DNA of 64,000 bases from Narcine bancroftii (taxonomy: Eukaryota), in assembly GCF_036971445.1 (NCBI RefSeq), contig NC_091469.1, positions 416,578,001-416,642,000 on the forward strand. Direction: 5' to 3'. The notes below the pieces were generated by a model. That model had not been told where the DNA came from. It did not search any database and saw only the letters and a program-made list of their open reading frames with translations. Position numbers and translations under genes: made by a program. Of this stretch, positions 50,874-64,000 are shown piece by piece (positions within the stretch are counted from its first letter, which is position 1; every line of letters starts with the position of its first letter).

Positions 50874-53011
50874 AGAAAGTAAATTGAGAGATGTTATTAT
50901 TTGTTCCAAAACCAAGTTGAAAAGAGGCAGCGACATAGAAATTCTTAGTCTCAATAATATTAATTGTTACTTTTAAGATAGTTCCAGTCCTGTTTTGTGC
51001 TAGAAAATGTGGCATTTTTCCAATGAGAACTTCCTCGATAAATGGAGTTTTCATGTATGTTCTTTGCTGGTCAAAACATGTAAAAAAATTTCTCTGAAGA
51101 CCTTATCCTTGTTCCTTTTTTTCTGACAGATAGCACTGCCCTACAGACCCAGTGCTGTCTCATCCTATCAGGTGCAGAGCACTCAAGGGATCTTAAATCT
51201 CCCATGTCAGAATGCAACAGGTTGTAGCTGATGCATCTGTATGCTTTCAAAGTACTCCCTTTAGGGACCTCAAATGTTAATATGATACAAGGATCAAATA
51301 TCACCATTTTGCCACAACCAGCATTTTTCCAATCAATTATTGATTAATAATCCTATTAACCAACATGAGTAGAGGGAGAACCCAGTGTTTAGAAACATGC
51401 AGAACCCCAACTACTCCCAACCTCAACTCACTGCTTACAGACATGATTTGTTACAGGGTGTTGGCAAAAACACAAGAATATTCAGGTTATGTTGGCATCA
51501 AATCAGAGTTTCATGAAGATTACACCTTAATATGTTGACTCTGTATGCATCTGGGGTGTACAACTGACGTTTGTGCTTCCAACCTGCCAGATATGATGGA
51601 CAAGGGTGTGCATTGGGCACAAAATCTTTGGGTCACATTGAAAACTGCAGCTCCCAAAAAAGTGGTCATATAAAGTCATAAAATTATTTTTACATTTGAA
51701 TTATTTATTAATAACGGAAGAAGAAAACAAGGTTCTCTACGTGGAGTTAAACAGGAAAGTTTGCAAATGCTGTGACTGTAGAGCAATACAGCATTTTTAT
51801 GTATTCCAAGGTTCTGACTATTATGTATTGTACATGTATTATTCTGTATAGATGTAAAAAGTCTTTCATTTTTATTTTCTAATACAATGCATTGCCCAGT
51901 TATACCTGCTCATATTTTCAATTAGATGGATCCTGCTTCCATTCTCAACCCATCTTTACAAGCTTATTAGATTTTAATTATCTTTTTATAGTGGCCAGTC
52001 TTAGCAAAAAAAATCTTGAAACACTCTTCATGAAATGCAGCTATTTGCTGAGATGATGTTATTGCTTCACAAGAGAGAAGCAGACAGACAGACAGACAAA
52101 GAGAACTATGGGATTCTATTGAAGATGAATATGTCCTTTCTGTTACAGGGAGAACAATTGTTTTTGATATAACCGCAAGTCTTTTCTTCTTTTTTGCCAT
52201 CTGCCTTTTCAGTGACTAGACTGAGTTAATTACAGCAGTGTCCAATCTTGTGGGGTGATCCTTTGCTAATGTGTCTGTTCTGAGATACAATGCAAAGTGA
52301 AGAGGACTGGGGTAAGTTCTGGGAAAAATAGATAATGAGAACATTAGGATTTCAACCAAAAAGCCAGGTAAACGATTTGTAAGAAGAAAACTGATAAATT
52401 AGACGTTTTCTCACAATTGCAAGGGAAGTACAGTATAATAAAGGGTGGTTTTATACAGTCTTTGAATGGAACACTGTTAACAACTAGTTCTGAAAAAGAG
52501 CTCATCTTTGCTTGAGATACATTATGCTCGAGATATATTTTGAAAAGTCAAAGAAAGTTACTTCACTGTCTTAAGTGGAAATATTCTTTGGTGACTTCAT
52601 TCTGTTGCTGTATTAACATATTGTCTAGTTTCCATTGAATTAGATGAAGATTATAGATGTTTTATCACAAATCTGTGCAGAATTAGCTTAACCTAATCAT
52701 AAGAGCATTTTGGGGCCTCCTAATTCTCTTTGCACCCTGGGCAGAAAGAATGAAGAGTTAGCCGGAAACTAATTCTTGTCAGGTTCTATGAAGATAGAAA
52801 TTAGGTTTATCCATGGCATTCCCCATTACCTGGCCTGGTATGTTAAACAAGTAAGGAATCAGCCTTGGGCAAGATAAGGATGAAAATGCTGCTGGAATCA
52901 AACTCAGCATGAATCCATGAATAAATGCTATTAAGTAAATGTACAGTCTATGTCGAAATCAAGCTTGAAATCTGTCACAGTCATACAAGTTCAGGGGAAA
53001 AAAAATGTTTC

Positions 53012-53150
53012 CACATGCTGGAAAACTGGAGTGCTGGTGAAACTTAGTGAGTCAGGCAATATCCATGGAAAGCAATGAACTGCCTACATTCCAAGCCAAA
53101 TGGTTACCCTGGATGCTGCCTGCCCACTGAATTCCTGCAGCATTTTGTAT
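53012..53150. repeat. Degenerate Penelope-terminus inverted repeat
   Basis: TGCTGGTGAAACTTAGTGAGTCAGGCAATATCCA ... TGGATGCTGCCTGCCCACTGAATTCCTGCAGCA. Confidence 0.55.
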
Positions 53151-53278
53151 ATTGTTCAAGTTCACAAATGCATTATATTATTTGCTGTACTGCCATTAAT
53201 TTCAAATATTCTTTGAACCTTTTAGATGAGAGTAATCTATTTTGCCATTACTAATTTTCTATGGAAGTGAAAGTCCAT

Positions 53279-54062
53279 TGTTACGAACTGCGCGTAACAA
53301 GCCAGAAAGTGTTTTATTTTAAAACACTAATTTTCACTATTTCTAACTCTTAAACCATAGTCTTAACTTTTAAATTATCATTAAAACTAAATCTATCCCC
53401 AGTTATGCACAGGAGTCTAGTATATGTTTATGTTTGTGTGTGATGTACCCAAACCATTGCAGTCCAGGCCAAAATCTAGAAAGTTACTTCAAAATTCAAT
53501 CTTTCAAATCCAGTGTTTTAGCATAGGCCTTTGAAATGTGATGCCCAGAATTAATGTTGAACTGATGGAAAGAGTAGAGTTGTGGCTGGGGCAGACTCAC
53601 AGGTTCTTGTTGCGTTGCCTTTAAAGAAATGTCCATCCACATGAGCTCTGGTCCTTTTGTAGGCAACACTCGAACTGGGAGGCCTCCACAAAGCTTGAAA
53701 GACTCTAGCACCAGTCTCTCTAAGTAACTTCACTGTTAGTCACAATCAAAATGAAGCACTTTGCTTCCCAAAAAGACCCTCCTGGCACAGGTCAATCCAC
53801 CGAAAAGGCCCAGTCATTCAGTCATAGGCTTTGCTCTGAATTCCACAAAAATGGCTGCTTCAAAGAGCGGGTTTCTCTCCAGAAGTCAGAATGTCTTTGC
53901 AAATGTATCGAATTCTGGAACAGACTGTGACAAGCCTTCCCTCAGTTATGTGACTTTTGCTTGGTGCTTATGTGAAATGTTAACCATAGCCATTCAGTCC
54001 CTCCTGTCTATACTATCTCTTACAGTAAGAATCCCATTTTATTAAAACAGGAGTTCGTAACA
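53279..54062 (-). mobile_element. Solo LTR (784 bp)
   Basis: 11-bp inverted termini TGTTACGAACT / AGTTCGTAACA; perfect 4-bp TSD CCAT. Confidence 0.85.
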
Positions 54063-54129
54063 CCATCTGCAAGCAAGATATTTGTCATCTACTTTATAAT
54101 TCTAGGTGCACTAATGTCTGCACGTTTCA

Positions 54130-54360
54130 ATGGATATCACTCTTACCTCTGCTGAATCAGAAGTTTCAGGTTCAAGTCTTGTGTGAAAAAATCTTAGCTG
54201 ATGTAGCAGTACTGTATTTTATGGAATGCTGAATCATCACAGATGTTATTACACAAAGGTCCCACCTGGCCTCTCAGCTGGGTACAAACAATTCCATACC
54301 AGGAGAACAAAGAAAGATGTTCTCAAGCCACCTTGGGAAAGTGCATCATCCTCACAGATG
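54130..54360 (+). mobile_element. Deu-SINE (SacSINE1/AmnSINE-like) remnant
   Basis: tRNA-like GGTTCAAGTC followed by degenerate GCAGTACTG...GGTCCCACCTGGCCTCTCAG domain. Confidence 0.45.
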
Positions 54361-55402
54361 CATCAGTATCTCTGGTCTTTGACCAGTGATGTCATTGAGA
54401 ACTTAATTCCCAGCATCAGCAAATTCAGACAGCGCATTGATACAAATGGTAGAGCCACTGTGACACATCTCCAGAAACCTGGTTCAATCCTGAATCTGTG
54501 TTGTGCCTGTGGAGTCTACACTTTTTTTCAGGTTATCTGATTTTGTCCCATGTCCCAGAGGCATCTCATTTGGGCCGAGCAAACCTAATACGCAATAACT
54601 AATTCCATTCAAGAGCAGTACAATGCAGGATATCATGCAATTATAGATCATTTGAGAGTGTTTCTGAACATTGGCAAAATTGTTTTTATCGATTATCTTT
54701 GAATCGATAAGGTGGAAGGGTGTAAGTTAGGAATAGTCATAGTTTGGGTGATACTTCTGTTCAGTTATTAAGTTGATGCTTCAGAAAACTTCATAACCAT
54801 TTTCCTGACCTTTTCACAGAAGAGGAGAGAAAATTAAATTTATGGTCAACTCATAAAGGGCCAGAAAGTATGGTCATTGTTCTTGTTTCCTCATGCATAT
54901 CATAAGCTTGGGATTAATTTGCACATGGAATGGAATTGAAATGGGTTAAAAATTTCAAGAATGAGATTGGAAAATGTTTTATAGCTCATTGACTCAAAAG
55001 ATACTAAACAAATGTAGGTAAGTGGAGTTGATGTAAAGATTGGTTAAAATCTAATTAAATTAAGATCAGCCTCAAGGGGCTGAATACCCTTATCCAGTCA
55101 CTAGATTCCTTTCTTAATGTGTTAGATTTTTCTGTGTGAGAATGAGTTTATTATCCATGATCTTTGAAGTCTTCATATTCAAAATATTCTTTTCTCTGTT
55201 ATACAGGAAGCCCCCTCTGCTTATTGTACAAATTATACCAGTGACACAAATGAAAAATCCATTTTCTTCAACTTGACAATGCATAGGAAATTATGTGAAG
55301 TTACAGCACCTGAAGAAGAAGAAAAAAAATATTATCATTCCATGAAAATTCAGAAAAAACTGCAAATTAAACTTAATGAATGTTTGATAGACTTTCCATG
55401 TA

Positions 55403-55973
55403 CAGTAAAGTCTGAAAATCTGTACCGCTTGGGGATTGGGTTGGTCCGGATTTTCTGATTTTCTCAGGCAATACTTTTAAAATTTAAATTTACGGAGGAA
55501 TAAAGAAATTACAAAAATGTAATTTTTGATAGTTTATTCATTAGAAACACAGCATGGTTCATTTATCAAGATGAGCAGTTTTCAACACTTGACAAAAATG
55601 TAAACAACTTTTTTTCTCAACAAAAAAACATAATGCTTGAAATTATGTTTAAAAATGAACATTGTAAAAGAAAATTACAGTATACAAATGAAAGCAGAAG
55701 TCATTTCAAGCAAATCAATGATTTATTTTTAATTTGTTAATGAAACATTTTTATATAAAATGCAAAGTATAAAAAAAAACATATAAATATTTATTCGTTA
55801 ATTTCCGCGACTCCTGTGGCATCTGCTGCGCTCTTTGTGGTCACTTGCTGCCGCTGTGCAGCTTACACATGCACACAAAGGTCCATTAAATTTTACAAGT
55901 TTGAGAGTTTTCAAAAAGTATAGATTGTCATGAGGTACAGATTTCTGGCATCCAGATTTTTGGACTTGTACTG
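55403..55973. mobile_element. Tc1/pogo-type MITE
   Basis: TA|CAGTAAAGTCTGAAAATCTG ... CAGATTTTTGGACTTGTACTG|TA. Confidence 0.7.
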
Positions 55974-56204
55974 TATCCATAAAATTCCTTTTGTAGAATA
56001 ATCCCATTTAAATTACACAAATCGCATTTGTCAGTGAGTCGTGCTCTATGTAATTCTTTGTGATGGCTAAGATGCACTTTCGCCATGATTATACCAAAGT
56101 CACTATGAATTAGACACCAATGCAAAGCATTAGTACTGAGGTGGAGAACAATTAATTTAGGCTAGGGCAGAAGGTCCCATGTTCAAGTCAATTTTTAAAA
56201 AATT

Positions 56205-56425
56205 TAGAGTTATAGCATGGTAACAGGCCCTTCTGACCTACAAGCCTGCACTGCCCAAATACACCCTTATGACCATTAACCAACTAATCTCGTACATTTT
56301 TGGAATGTGGGAGGAAACGAGCATCCCAGGATACCCAAGCGATCACAGGGAAATTGTACGAACTCCTTAGTAGCAGATTCAAACCAGGGTCAATGGCTCT
56401 CTAATGTTGTGCTAACCGTTACAAT
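56205..56425 (-). mobile_element. V-SINE remnant
   Basis: TTTGGAATGTGGGAGGAAAC...CACAGGGAAATTGTACGAACTCC; similar to 5185-5380. Confidence 0.65.
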
Positions 56426-56689
56426 CAATAATTAAATAAATTAATGAAAAGAATTGTAAGAATTTAGGAGAGAATCAATCAGGAAGGATTCATGCTCATG
56501 TTCTCTACACATAGATTACCACTGTAAAGTACATGTGATTATTAGTTGGAAACTCAGCTGTGAGAAAGAATAGGGATCGAAGGAAAATGTGGGGGGAATA
56601 AGAATGATAGAATGCTTTGACACTGGCACAATTTGATGAACGATGTCCTTAGATGTTATAAGAAAATTAATAGAAACAATTATAAGAAT

Positions 56690-56885
56690 TTAGGGGGAAC
56701 TTATAGGAATGTGGAATGTAGTTTCAATTTTAACAGGTGAGAAGAATTTTGACAGGTACATGGATAGGAGGGGTAAGGAAGGTAATGGACGGAGTGCAGG
56801 TGAGTGGGATGAGGCAGAATAATAGTTTGGCACAAACTAGAAGGGCCAAAGGGCCTGTTTCTCTGCTGTAATTTATAGTTCAATG
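56690..56885 (+). mobile_element. CR1 3' end remnant
   Basis: GGGCCAAAGGGCCTGTTTCTCTGCTGTA tail motif. Confidence 0.7.
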
Positions 56886-58490
56886 GTCCTAAAATATGAG
56901 AAAGCTGACATTAATTCTGATGTATTCCATAGCCTTGATTTTCCAATCTGATAAATACTTGTACTACCAATCAACCACAATCAGACAGAGATTAGTGTTA
57001 GCACAGCTTGCACATTGCTAGTCCAGTTCCAACGCAGGTACTAAGAGATGGAATGGAGCTTAATAACATTTATGGGGATATCTGGGAGGGAGGAGTCACA
57101 GGTTCAGGGGGTGTGGGTAACCTCATACAGTACATATAAATAAATTAAAAATAAATAAATCAATTATATATATATTAGACACATTTATATATATATTTAT
57201 ACACACACGCACATAGTGGTAGCACCACAATACTAAATCAAATTAATGAAAATGAGCAGGATGATATGTACCCATTCTCTGATGTCCCGGTATTTACAGA
57301 GGTAGATACAAATAACTGTCTCAGAAGCATGCTTGAAGCTGGTTTTTTCTCAGTGGAAATTTTGAACAGTTAACCCTAATGAAATATTAATGAACTGTAG
57401 TGCACTTTGGCCTTTCTGACCACTGATCTACTGAGCAATGGTACTGTTTCAGACAGCTCCAGTGCAGGCCACAGAGTAACTGTGTACTTTCACATGGATA
57501 AAAAAATTGGCTTGCAATTAGAAAGCAGAGAGTAGTAGTGGAAGGAAAGTATTCTTCCTGGAGGTCAGTTCTGGGACCCCTGCTCATTTTAAAAATATTT
57601 TATTTAAGAATTTAAAATTTTTAAAATTGTGTTAAGATTAATGATTTTCCTCAAATACAGTATTCAAATCATTTCCAATTTTAATTCCTCAAAAATATTT
57701 TAAGGAATTATATGTTTGTGTTAGAAAATTTTTACGGAAAGGTAAAATGGCTAGGGTTTCTTTGGAGAAACTGATGTGGAAATACGATTTAGGAGGTTTA
57801 CAATTCCCCAATTTATTAACGTAATGTATGAGTTAAATAATGTTCGAGCATGGGTTAATATAAAACTTGATAAAATAGGAGAAATAGATCCACAACATTT
57901 TATTTATAAATCAGATGCAAGATTGTTAATAGCAAATAAAGAAACACCCATGCTGAAACATTTAATTGAACTTTGGAATAAAATTGATAGAGATTGGAGG
58001 AAGAGGTTTAATGGATCATTAAATGAGAACTTACTGGTTTGACATTTGATGATTATTTGATTAATGAGAGTGGTGAGATAATATGAAATCCTATCTGTGC
58101 ATGTGCAGCCAATCTTTGAATCATGAAAAAGACAACCACTGGTATAATTCTGTCAAAAGAGCATTTTATTGTGAGGCGTACATGCAACACTAGAATCTAC
58201 CTTAACAACATTTGACATAATTACAGGAGGGCGAGGAGGACATATTATCACATCATTCCCATTACTTAAATAATAATCATCAAACGTCAAACCAGTAAGT
58301 TCTTGTTTAAAGCTCCATTATTTTTTGTAATGCTCATTGGTTCGCTAATATGAGATTTCAAACCTCAGTGTTCTCTTTTTCGCATGGTCTGAAAGACCAT
58401 ACGTTAGATCAATGAAAGAGGCACAATTCAATCGGCAACCTGCAAAATTGCTGCAGTGAAGTTTTTCCCCTCCATCCTCAGAGGTTTATT

Positions 58491-59300
58491 TTAAAGCCTG
58501 TTAAAAGTTCTTTCATTTGACCATCCCGCCTGATGGATGATATCCCTAATGGGGAATTTCGCTCTACTAGCAGTAGACATAGCTGCTGCTCTGGTTGAGT
58601 GAGCCCCAAACCAAGTGATATCCACTCCGGCCAACCTCATAGTCATCTTTAGCCATCTGTCCAAGGTCCGAGAAGATACCCACTGATGGAGTTTCCTGTA
58701 ACAAGAATCTCTCTTCCCCTCTGATATCGTGAGTGCATTCAATATATTGTCTCAGATACCACACCACACATAATCTTTCATCCTCTTGTTAAGTTACAAT
58801 TTAAACGTTGTTTCCCCCACTACCAGATTTATAATGTTTCAACAAGTCATGAACATGAAATACAACAATCATTTTCCCAAATGATACAATCCAAGTGTAA
58901 ACAAATTAAAGTCTGTATTCTTTGGGCTGAAGTCAAGGCCACAAGCATGAGCAATTTCCATGATAAGTCCAAAGTGTACGCTGGCGACAAATGTCACAAC
59001 AAATCCAGCACAACTTTAACATCCCAGATGGCATGATAACATGGTATAGGTAGACATAAGTGAAATACTCCCCTCATGAATCTTGAAATCAGGGGATGAT
59101 TCCTGACAGAGTGTTTGGTGTCTCGTAGAGTCAAGTAAGCTGCCAAGGCACTCTTGTCTATATTGATAGCACTATAACTGGCTATGCAAACAAAACAAAT
59201 CAGTGAGGAAATGCAAAACATCTGAAACTGAAACATAACTAACATTTAAACTCTCATTAAAACAAAACAGTTGCCATTTATTAACAGAAGTGGTGTATTG
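58491..59300 (-). pseudogene. DIRS tyrosine recombinase
   Basis: HPLISRFMRGVF, WDVKVVL, AGVDITWFGAHSTRAAA, AGWSNERTF. Confidence 0.88.
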
Positions 59301-59399
59301 CTTTTGAGTTGACTTTCTCTATGAAGCACAAATAATGTCCACCATTTTCAGCTGCAATCCTTTTATGCCAAACTTTTCACTCCAATCCTACAACATAAG

Positions 59400-61130
59400 A
59401 GATCGAGATGAGTGAGTGGATGGGGAAGGAGAGATATTGGCTGAACTAGCAGTTCCTTGCTCCTTCTCAACAGTAAAGGCCATTCTAGCAACATCCAATT
59501 CAGCATTGAGAACCAGGACTGGGAAGGCCAATTTGGCACTACCAGTGGCCCTGTCCTCCTAAACTTTGTGCAGGCATTTAGCTACTAATGAGAAGGGGGA
59601 AAAGCATAGAAATTCAGTTCTGCCCAATCAATTGTAAAGGCATCTATGGCTTCTGCCTGGGGGTCTGGCAACCAGGATACTTGGGGATTTAAATGAGATG
59701 CAAACAGATCAATTTCTGGCAACCCAAAATTATGTAATATCAGATTAAAACTCTTTCCCTCCCAACATCCATTCTGTCCTATCACTGAACTTTCTAGACA
59801 TCAAATCCGCCTGATAGTTCAGATGCCCTGGCAAATATGCGGCTGTAATCCAGATGTTCCTTTCAATACATCAACTCCACATTTGTATTGTGAGCCAGTT
59901 ACATGATGGGGACTTCAAACCTCCCATTGCTGAGGTGTTGTCTAACCTCCTCAACGCATGTATATCCCTTTTCTCTGCACAGAATGATTTCAGTGCCAAC
60001 TGAGCTGTCAATATTTAATGGAAGTTAATGCCAGGTGCTGATGCCAGTCTAATCTCTTGAATAGTCCATCTGCCGCTGGCAGAAGTAGTTAAGTCTGTGG
60101 TGCCCCATCCTTCACCACTAGCATCTGACTGAATTTCCATATCAAACTTTCTCATCTATCATCGCATAAGCCTGAGATACATTTGTCGTCCACAATGCAA
60201 GTTCTGCTCCAGCCTCTTGCAATAAGTTCATAGGTCTATTAAAATGACCCCTGGTGGCCTTTAAGGCTTGTAATTTATCTCTTTCCAGGAATCTATATTT
60301 TAGCAGACCGTACTGAATGGCTGGGAAAGCAGCCACCAATTTCCCAATTAATTTTGCTACTTTACGTATAGAGGGCCATGATTCTGCAATCAAAGCACTA
60401 CAAGCCTGAAAAATTTCCACCTTTTTATCTTCTGGCAGGGTTATTCTCATAGATTCTGTATTTAAGAGGAAACCAAGGAATTTAATTTCTCTGGTGGGCT
60501 GAGGACTGATTTTTTGTGTATAATAAATCCCAGCTCCTGCAGCAGCAATATAGTGGCGTTCACTGCTCTCTGTGTTTCGCCCATGGACCTGCCAATCACG
60601 ATGATATCATCCAAGTAACGCATCACCATATGTCCCTCCTTTCTGAGCTGGGAGAAATCCAGTTTCAGCAATTTGGTAAATATTATTGGCGCATTAACTA
60701 AGTCTATTAGGTAGTGCCTTATATTGCCACAATTCGCCCTTCCAAATAAACCAGGTACTTACTAGAGAGCAGGTGAATAGATACTGAATAATAAGCATCT
60801 TGTAAATCGATGGATCCCCATAACATAGCCCTTATGTAATAATGGGATTACAGAGTGAATTGTGTCCATTTTAAAATGTTGATATAAGACATACTCATTT
60901 AGGTCAGATAAATTGAAGATCACTCTCGTTCCCCCGCTTCTCTTAGGTCTCATGAATATGTTTGAGACAAACTCATTCTCTTCTCGGCAGCAGCTTTCTA
61001 TTATGTTTTTGCATTCTCAAGCCATAATCTCTTTATGTGTAGCTTTCATGAGCAGGGGGCTGCATATAACCGGAGGGAATTTCTGTGGGTCAAACTCAAT
61101 TTGATACCCAGACACTGTATGCCATATTTG
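59400..61130 (-). pseudogene. DIRS RT / RNase H / methyltransferase-like ORF
   Basis: PKRSGGTRVIFNLSDLN, HFKMDT, YLDDII, IDLFAS, DAFTIDW, YAFPP. Confidence 0.88.
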
Positions 61131-63207
61131 AGCATTGTAGTAAGATTACGCCACTGGTTTAAGAACACTGTTAATTGACCACCCACAATCTTATCATCAT
61201 AATTAGGAAATGCAATCAGTTGTCTATAGGTGGTGCTCATTTTTTCAGCGTGCTTGGCCGGCGTGGCTGTGCAATCTGGCTTGACCTCTGCAAAGAGCTT
61301 TGGGCGGGAAAATTCTGCTGCCACTGTCTCCACAGAGGCCATTGCCCTAAAAAATGCTTGCGTGGTGGTGTCACCTGAGAGGGATATCCTCTCTTAAAGT
61401 CCCCCGCGTTCCTGCGACAGTTGCTCTTGCCTGTAGTTTTGAGCTTCTAACCATTCCATCCATTGCCTTCTGCTGCTCATTCAGGTCCTTCACCTGTTTA
61501 CTCAGATCATCACCAAAGAGAAATTTAGTGACGGAATTAGTGGGTTTACATAAATGAGCATTCCAAACATTTAGATCAGGTGTTATCAGCTCCTTCCGAA
61601 AGGCATTAAGTTTGTAATTGACATGGGAGAGCAACCCCAGTGCATCTTGCTGTGTCTCTGTTAAATCTGACGACAGCATCTGGGCAAATACAGTAATATC
61701 TTTAACCAGAGAGCCATGTAATCTTTGCAGCTTCATGTCCTTGGCTCTCGTGGGGACATTCATATTGTGGGGTTTACTTTTGCTACGTCCAGCTGAGGGC
61801 AATTGGCTGGTCATGGGTATTTTTTAATCGAGTCCTCTAGCACCATCTCTTCAAAGACATTAGATACCAGATAAGATATTGACCCCTCAATTTCTTAATC
61901 AACGAGTTGCCCAATGCCCTTCAGTACTGCAAACTTTGCTGCGATAGACGAAACTTTTCTCTCATCCTGACCAATGGGAGCAGTGTATTTGTGGTTAGGG
62001 GACTCAATTTCCATGTCCAGCCCCTTGGGCTCTACCTCATCCCATTCATATTGGAAATAAGATTCCTCCCTCTGCTCAGAAAGCACTTGTGATTTACTCA
62101 GGATTGCTGATATTATGCCTTCCAACTTTCCCAGTCTTAGCAAGATCTCCTCATTAGTCGTAGGCTCTGCAATTCAGCAGGCTTTTGTGATGGACCCCGA
62201 TCGAGCGGATGTCTGTGTATCAGAGACACTTACATTGCCTTTTCTCAGGCTTTTTGTGCAGCTGGAGGTCATCCTCGCCCGTCAAGCGGGCAGATTAACT
62301 ATGGCTGACGAGTGGGTCGTAGAGCGACCAGGCCTTGTCTTACTAAGTGAAGGCACCTCCTCTTCACTGCCACTAGAAATGAGGAGACATGCCCTCATTG
62401 AGCTTGGCTCCTGTAGCGGCATTTTGGTATCACTGCCAGACACGATGGACCCCAACTTCAGTGAAGCTAGGTCAGTGCAGCCAGACTTGGGCCCCACCCT
62501 CCATGAGGGTAGGCCACTGTCACCTGGTCCCACCCTCAACAGAGGTAGATTGGCTTGGACCCAACTCTCAATGGAGATAGGTTGGTGTTGCTGCTTCTCA
62601 GTGGGTTGACTGCTCCCCAGCAGGCCAACTAGTTCTTCGGCACTTCAGTTGCACTGTAGGAGCTCTGTGAGCTCGAGGCCTTTTTGCTGTGCTTGTCCAC
62701 TACCTCAGGGCCGGGAATCTCCCACTGGCTGCCCTGCCTCACTTTTTGCTCACCTGCTTCGAGGGAGAGCCTTCCTGGGATTCGTGCTTGGGCTCCATAC
62801 ATTGATCAGGTCATCTTAAACTTGATTTACTGACTTTTTTCAACCTTTTGTCAGTGCTCAAAATGGCGTCCATGCAGCGGGCTGAAAGTCAAACAGATGA
62901 ACTGGCTGCACATGCGCAGATGGGATTTCATATTATCAAACCAACTAGCATTACGAAAAATAATGTCTGGAAGGACGCCTTTATTTCAAAATAGACTTAT
63001 TCAATTTTCTATTGAAAATAAATTCCTAAAAATCTGGCAAAATTATGGAATTAGGAAAATTAAAGATTGTTTTGAAGCCAAGAAATTTATTACTTTTAGT
63101 AGAAAGAAGGAAAAATTTAAGATATTAGAAAAGACAAAATTTTGTTATTATCAAGTTAAGAGATTCTTCTGTGAAAATTTTGGTCAATATTTAGTATTAC
63201 CAGTGTT

Positions 63208-64000
63208 AAAGAACCTCCTTATCAGCATCTAAGGCCTATCCCAATGCAAGATGGTGGCCAGACGCCTACAGTTAGACGATCTGGGGGATAGGATGCTGTC
63301 CATGTTAATGGATGAAATGCTCATGCTGGCAGAGGGCCATAAGCCCTGCCTAATGTTCGAACAGGCCTTTTTGGAGCAAATGCCCAAAGACATTAGGCTC
63401 TTGCTCGCCGACCTGCACAAGGTCACAGTGAAAGTCAACGTATTCTACTGCACCAAATGCGAGAACCCCGAAGTGGTTCACCGAGTGGCCAGACCGCAGC
63501 ACAAGCGCATCCATAAGCCCATCACCCCCCCACAGAGTGCCGTGGCAGCCGACAGAGCCAAGCCCCCACAGACCAACACCAGTGTTTCTACCACCAGCAT
63601 AGAGGAGCTAGTGATACAAACGTCACCAACCCTGCTTGTTTCAGGGAAACGAACAGGCCAGCCACCATTAGTGGCCATGGCAGTTTGCTGACAAAACAGC
63701 CTACTTCATGAGTGGAACGACATCTCGGGCCGCAGATTTCTTGTTGACATAGGAGCTGAGATAAGGATCAATCCACCCACTTCTCTGGAGATGCGCATGA
63801 GACCATGCTGCCCCACCCTACATGCAACCAACAACTTCACCATTGCAACATTCGGCCACAAACGCTTACCCTTACTCTTCGGCTAAATAGATTTTCAGTG
63901 GCAGTTTACCTTGGCGGCAGTGGACAAACCCTCGTTGGGTGCGGATTTCCTCTGGGCACACTCATTACTGGTGGACCTACATGGCAAGCATCTGGTCCAT
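63208..64000 (+). mobile_element. Gypsy/Ty3 gag-protease fragment, running off the window end
   Basis: LGDRMLSMLMDEML, FLEQMP; protease-like RFLVDIGAEI and LGADFL. Confidence 0.8.

Larger units (their letters stand above)
58014..62965 (-). mobile_element. DIRS1-like tyrosine-recombinase retrotransposon (~4.95 kb, decayed ORFs)
   Basis: ITRs 58077-58110 / 62904-62937; ICR ~58240-58360; gag-like ORF (LFGDDL), RT (YLDD), RNase H, MT-like DLFAS/YAFPP, YR HSTR...AGWS. Confidence 0.93.
57630..63205 (+). mobile_element. Decayed L1 ORF2 fragment split by the DIRS element
   Basis: Removing 58014-62965 restores EIGGRGLM-SGRTPLFQNRL...WQNYGIRKIKDCF, homologous to the ORF2 C-terminal part of the 33498 L1. 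Confidence 0.8.

Overview
Eukaryotic vertebrate genomic DNA, very likely from a cartilaginous fish (inferred from V-SINE/HE1-like, Deu-SINE-like, CR1, Penelope and L1 remnants typical of sharks and rays). It is not prokaryotic, and I found no CRISPR arrays, rRNA or tRNA genes. The window is dominated by nested transposable elements: a full-length 6-kb L1 with target-site duplication (TSD), at least six copies of a young RTE LINE, a two-LTR class I endogenous retrovirus whose pol/env interior is replaced by an antisense RTE fragment, a structurally complete DIRS1-like tyrosine-recombinase retrotransposon, an intron-containing Harbinger, CR1, Rex/Babar, Penelope and Gypsy relics, solo LTRs and Tc1/pogo-type MITEs. 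A few splice-compatible + strand exons may belong to an unidentified host gene (low confidence). One 141-N assembly gap. I did not find a wholly new biological system; the most interesting signals are mechanistic footprints at element junctions.
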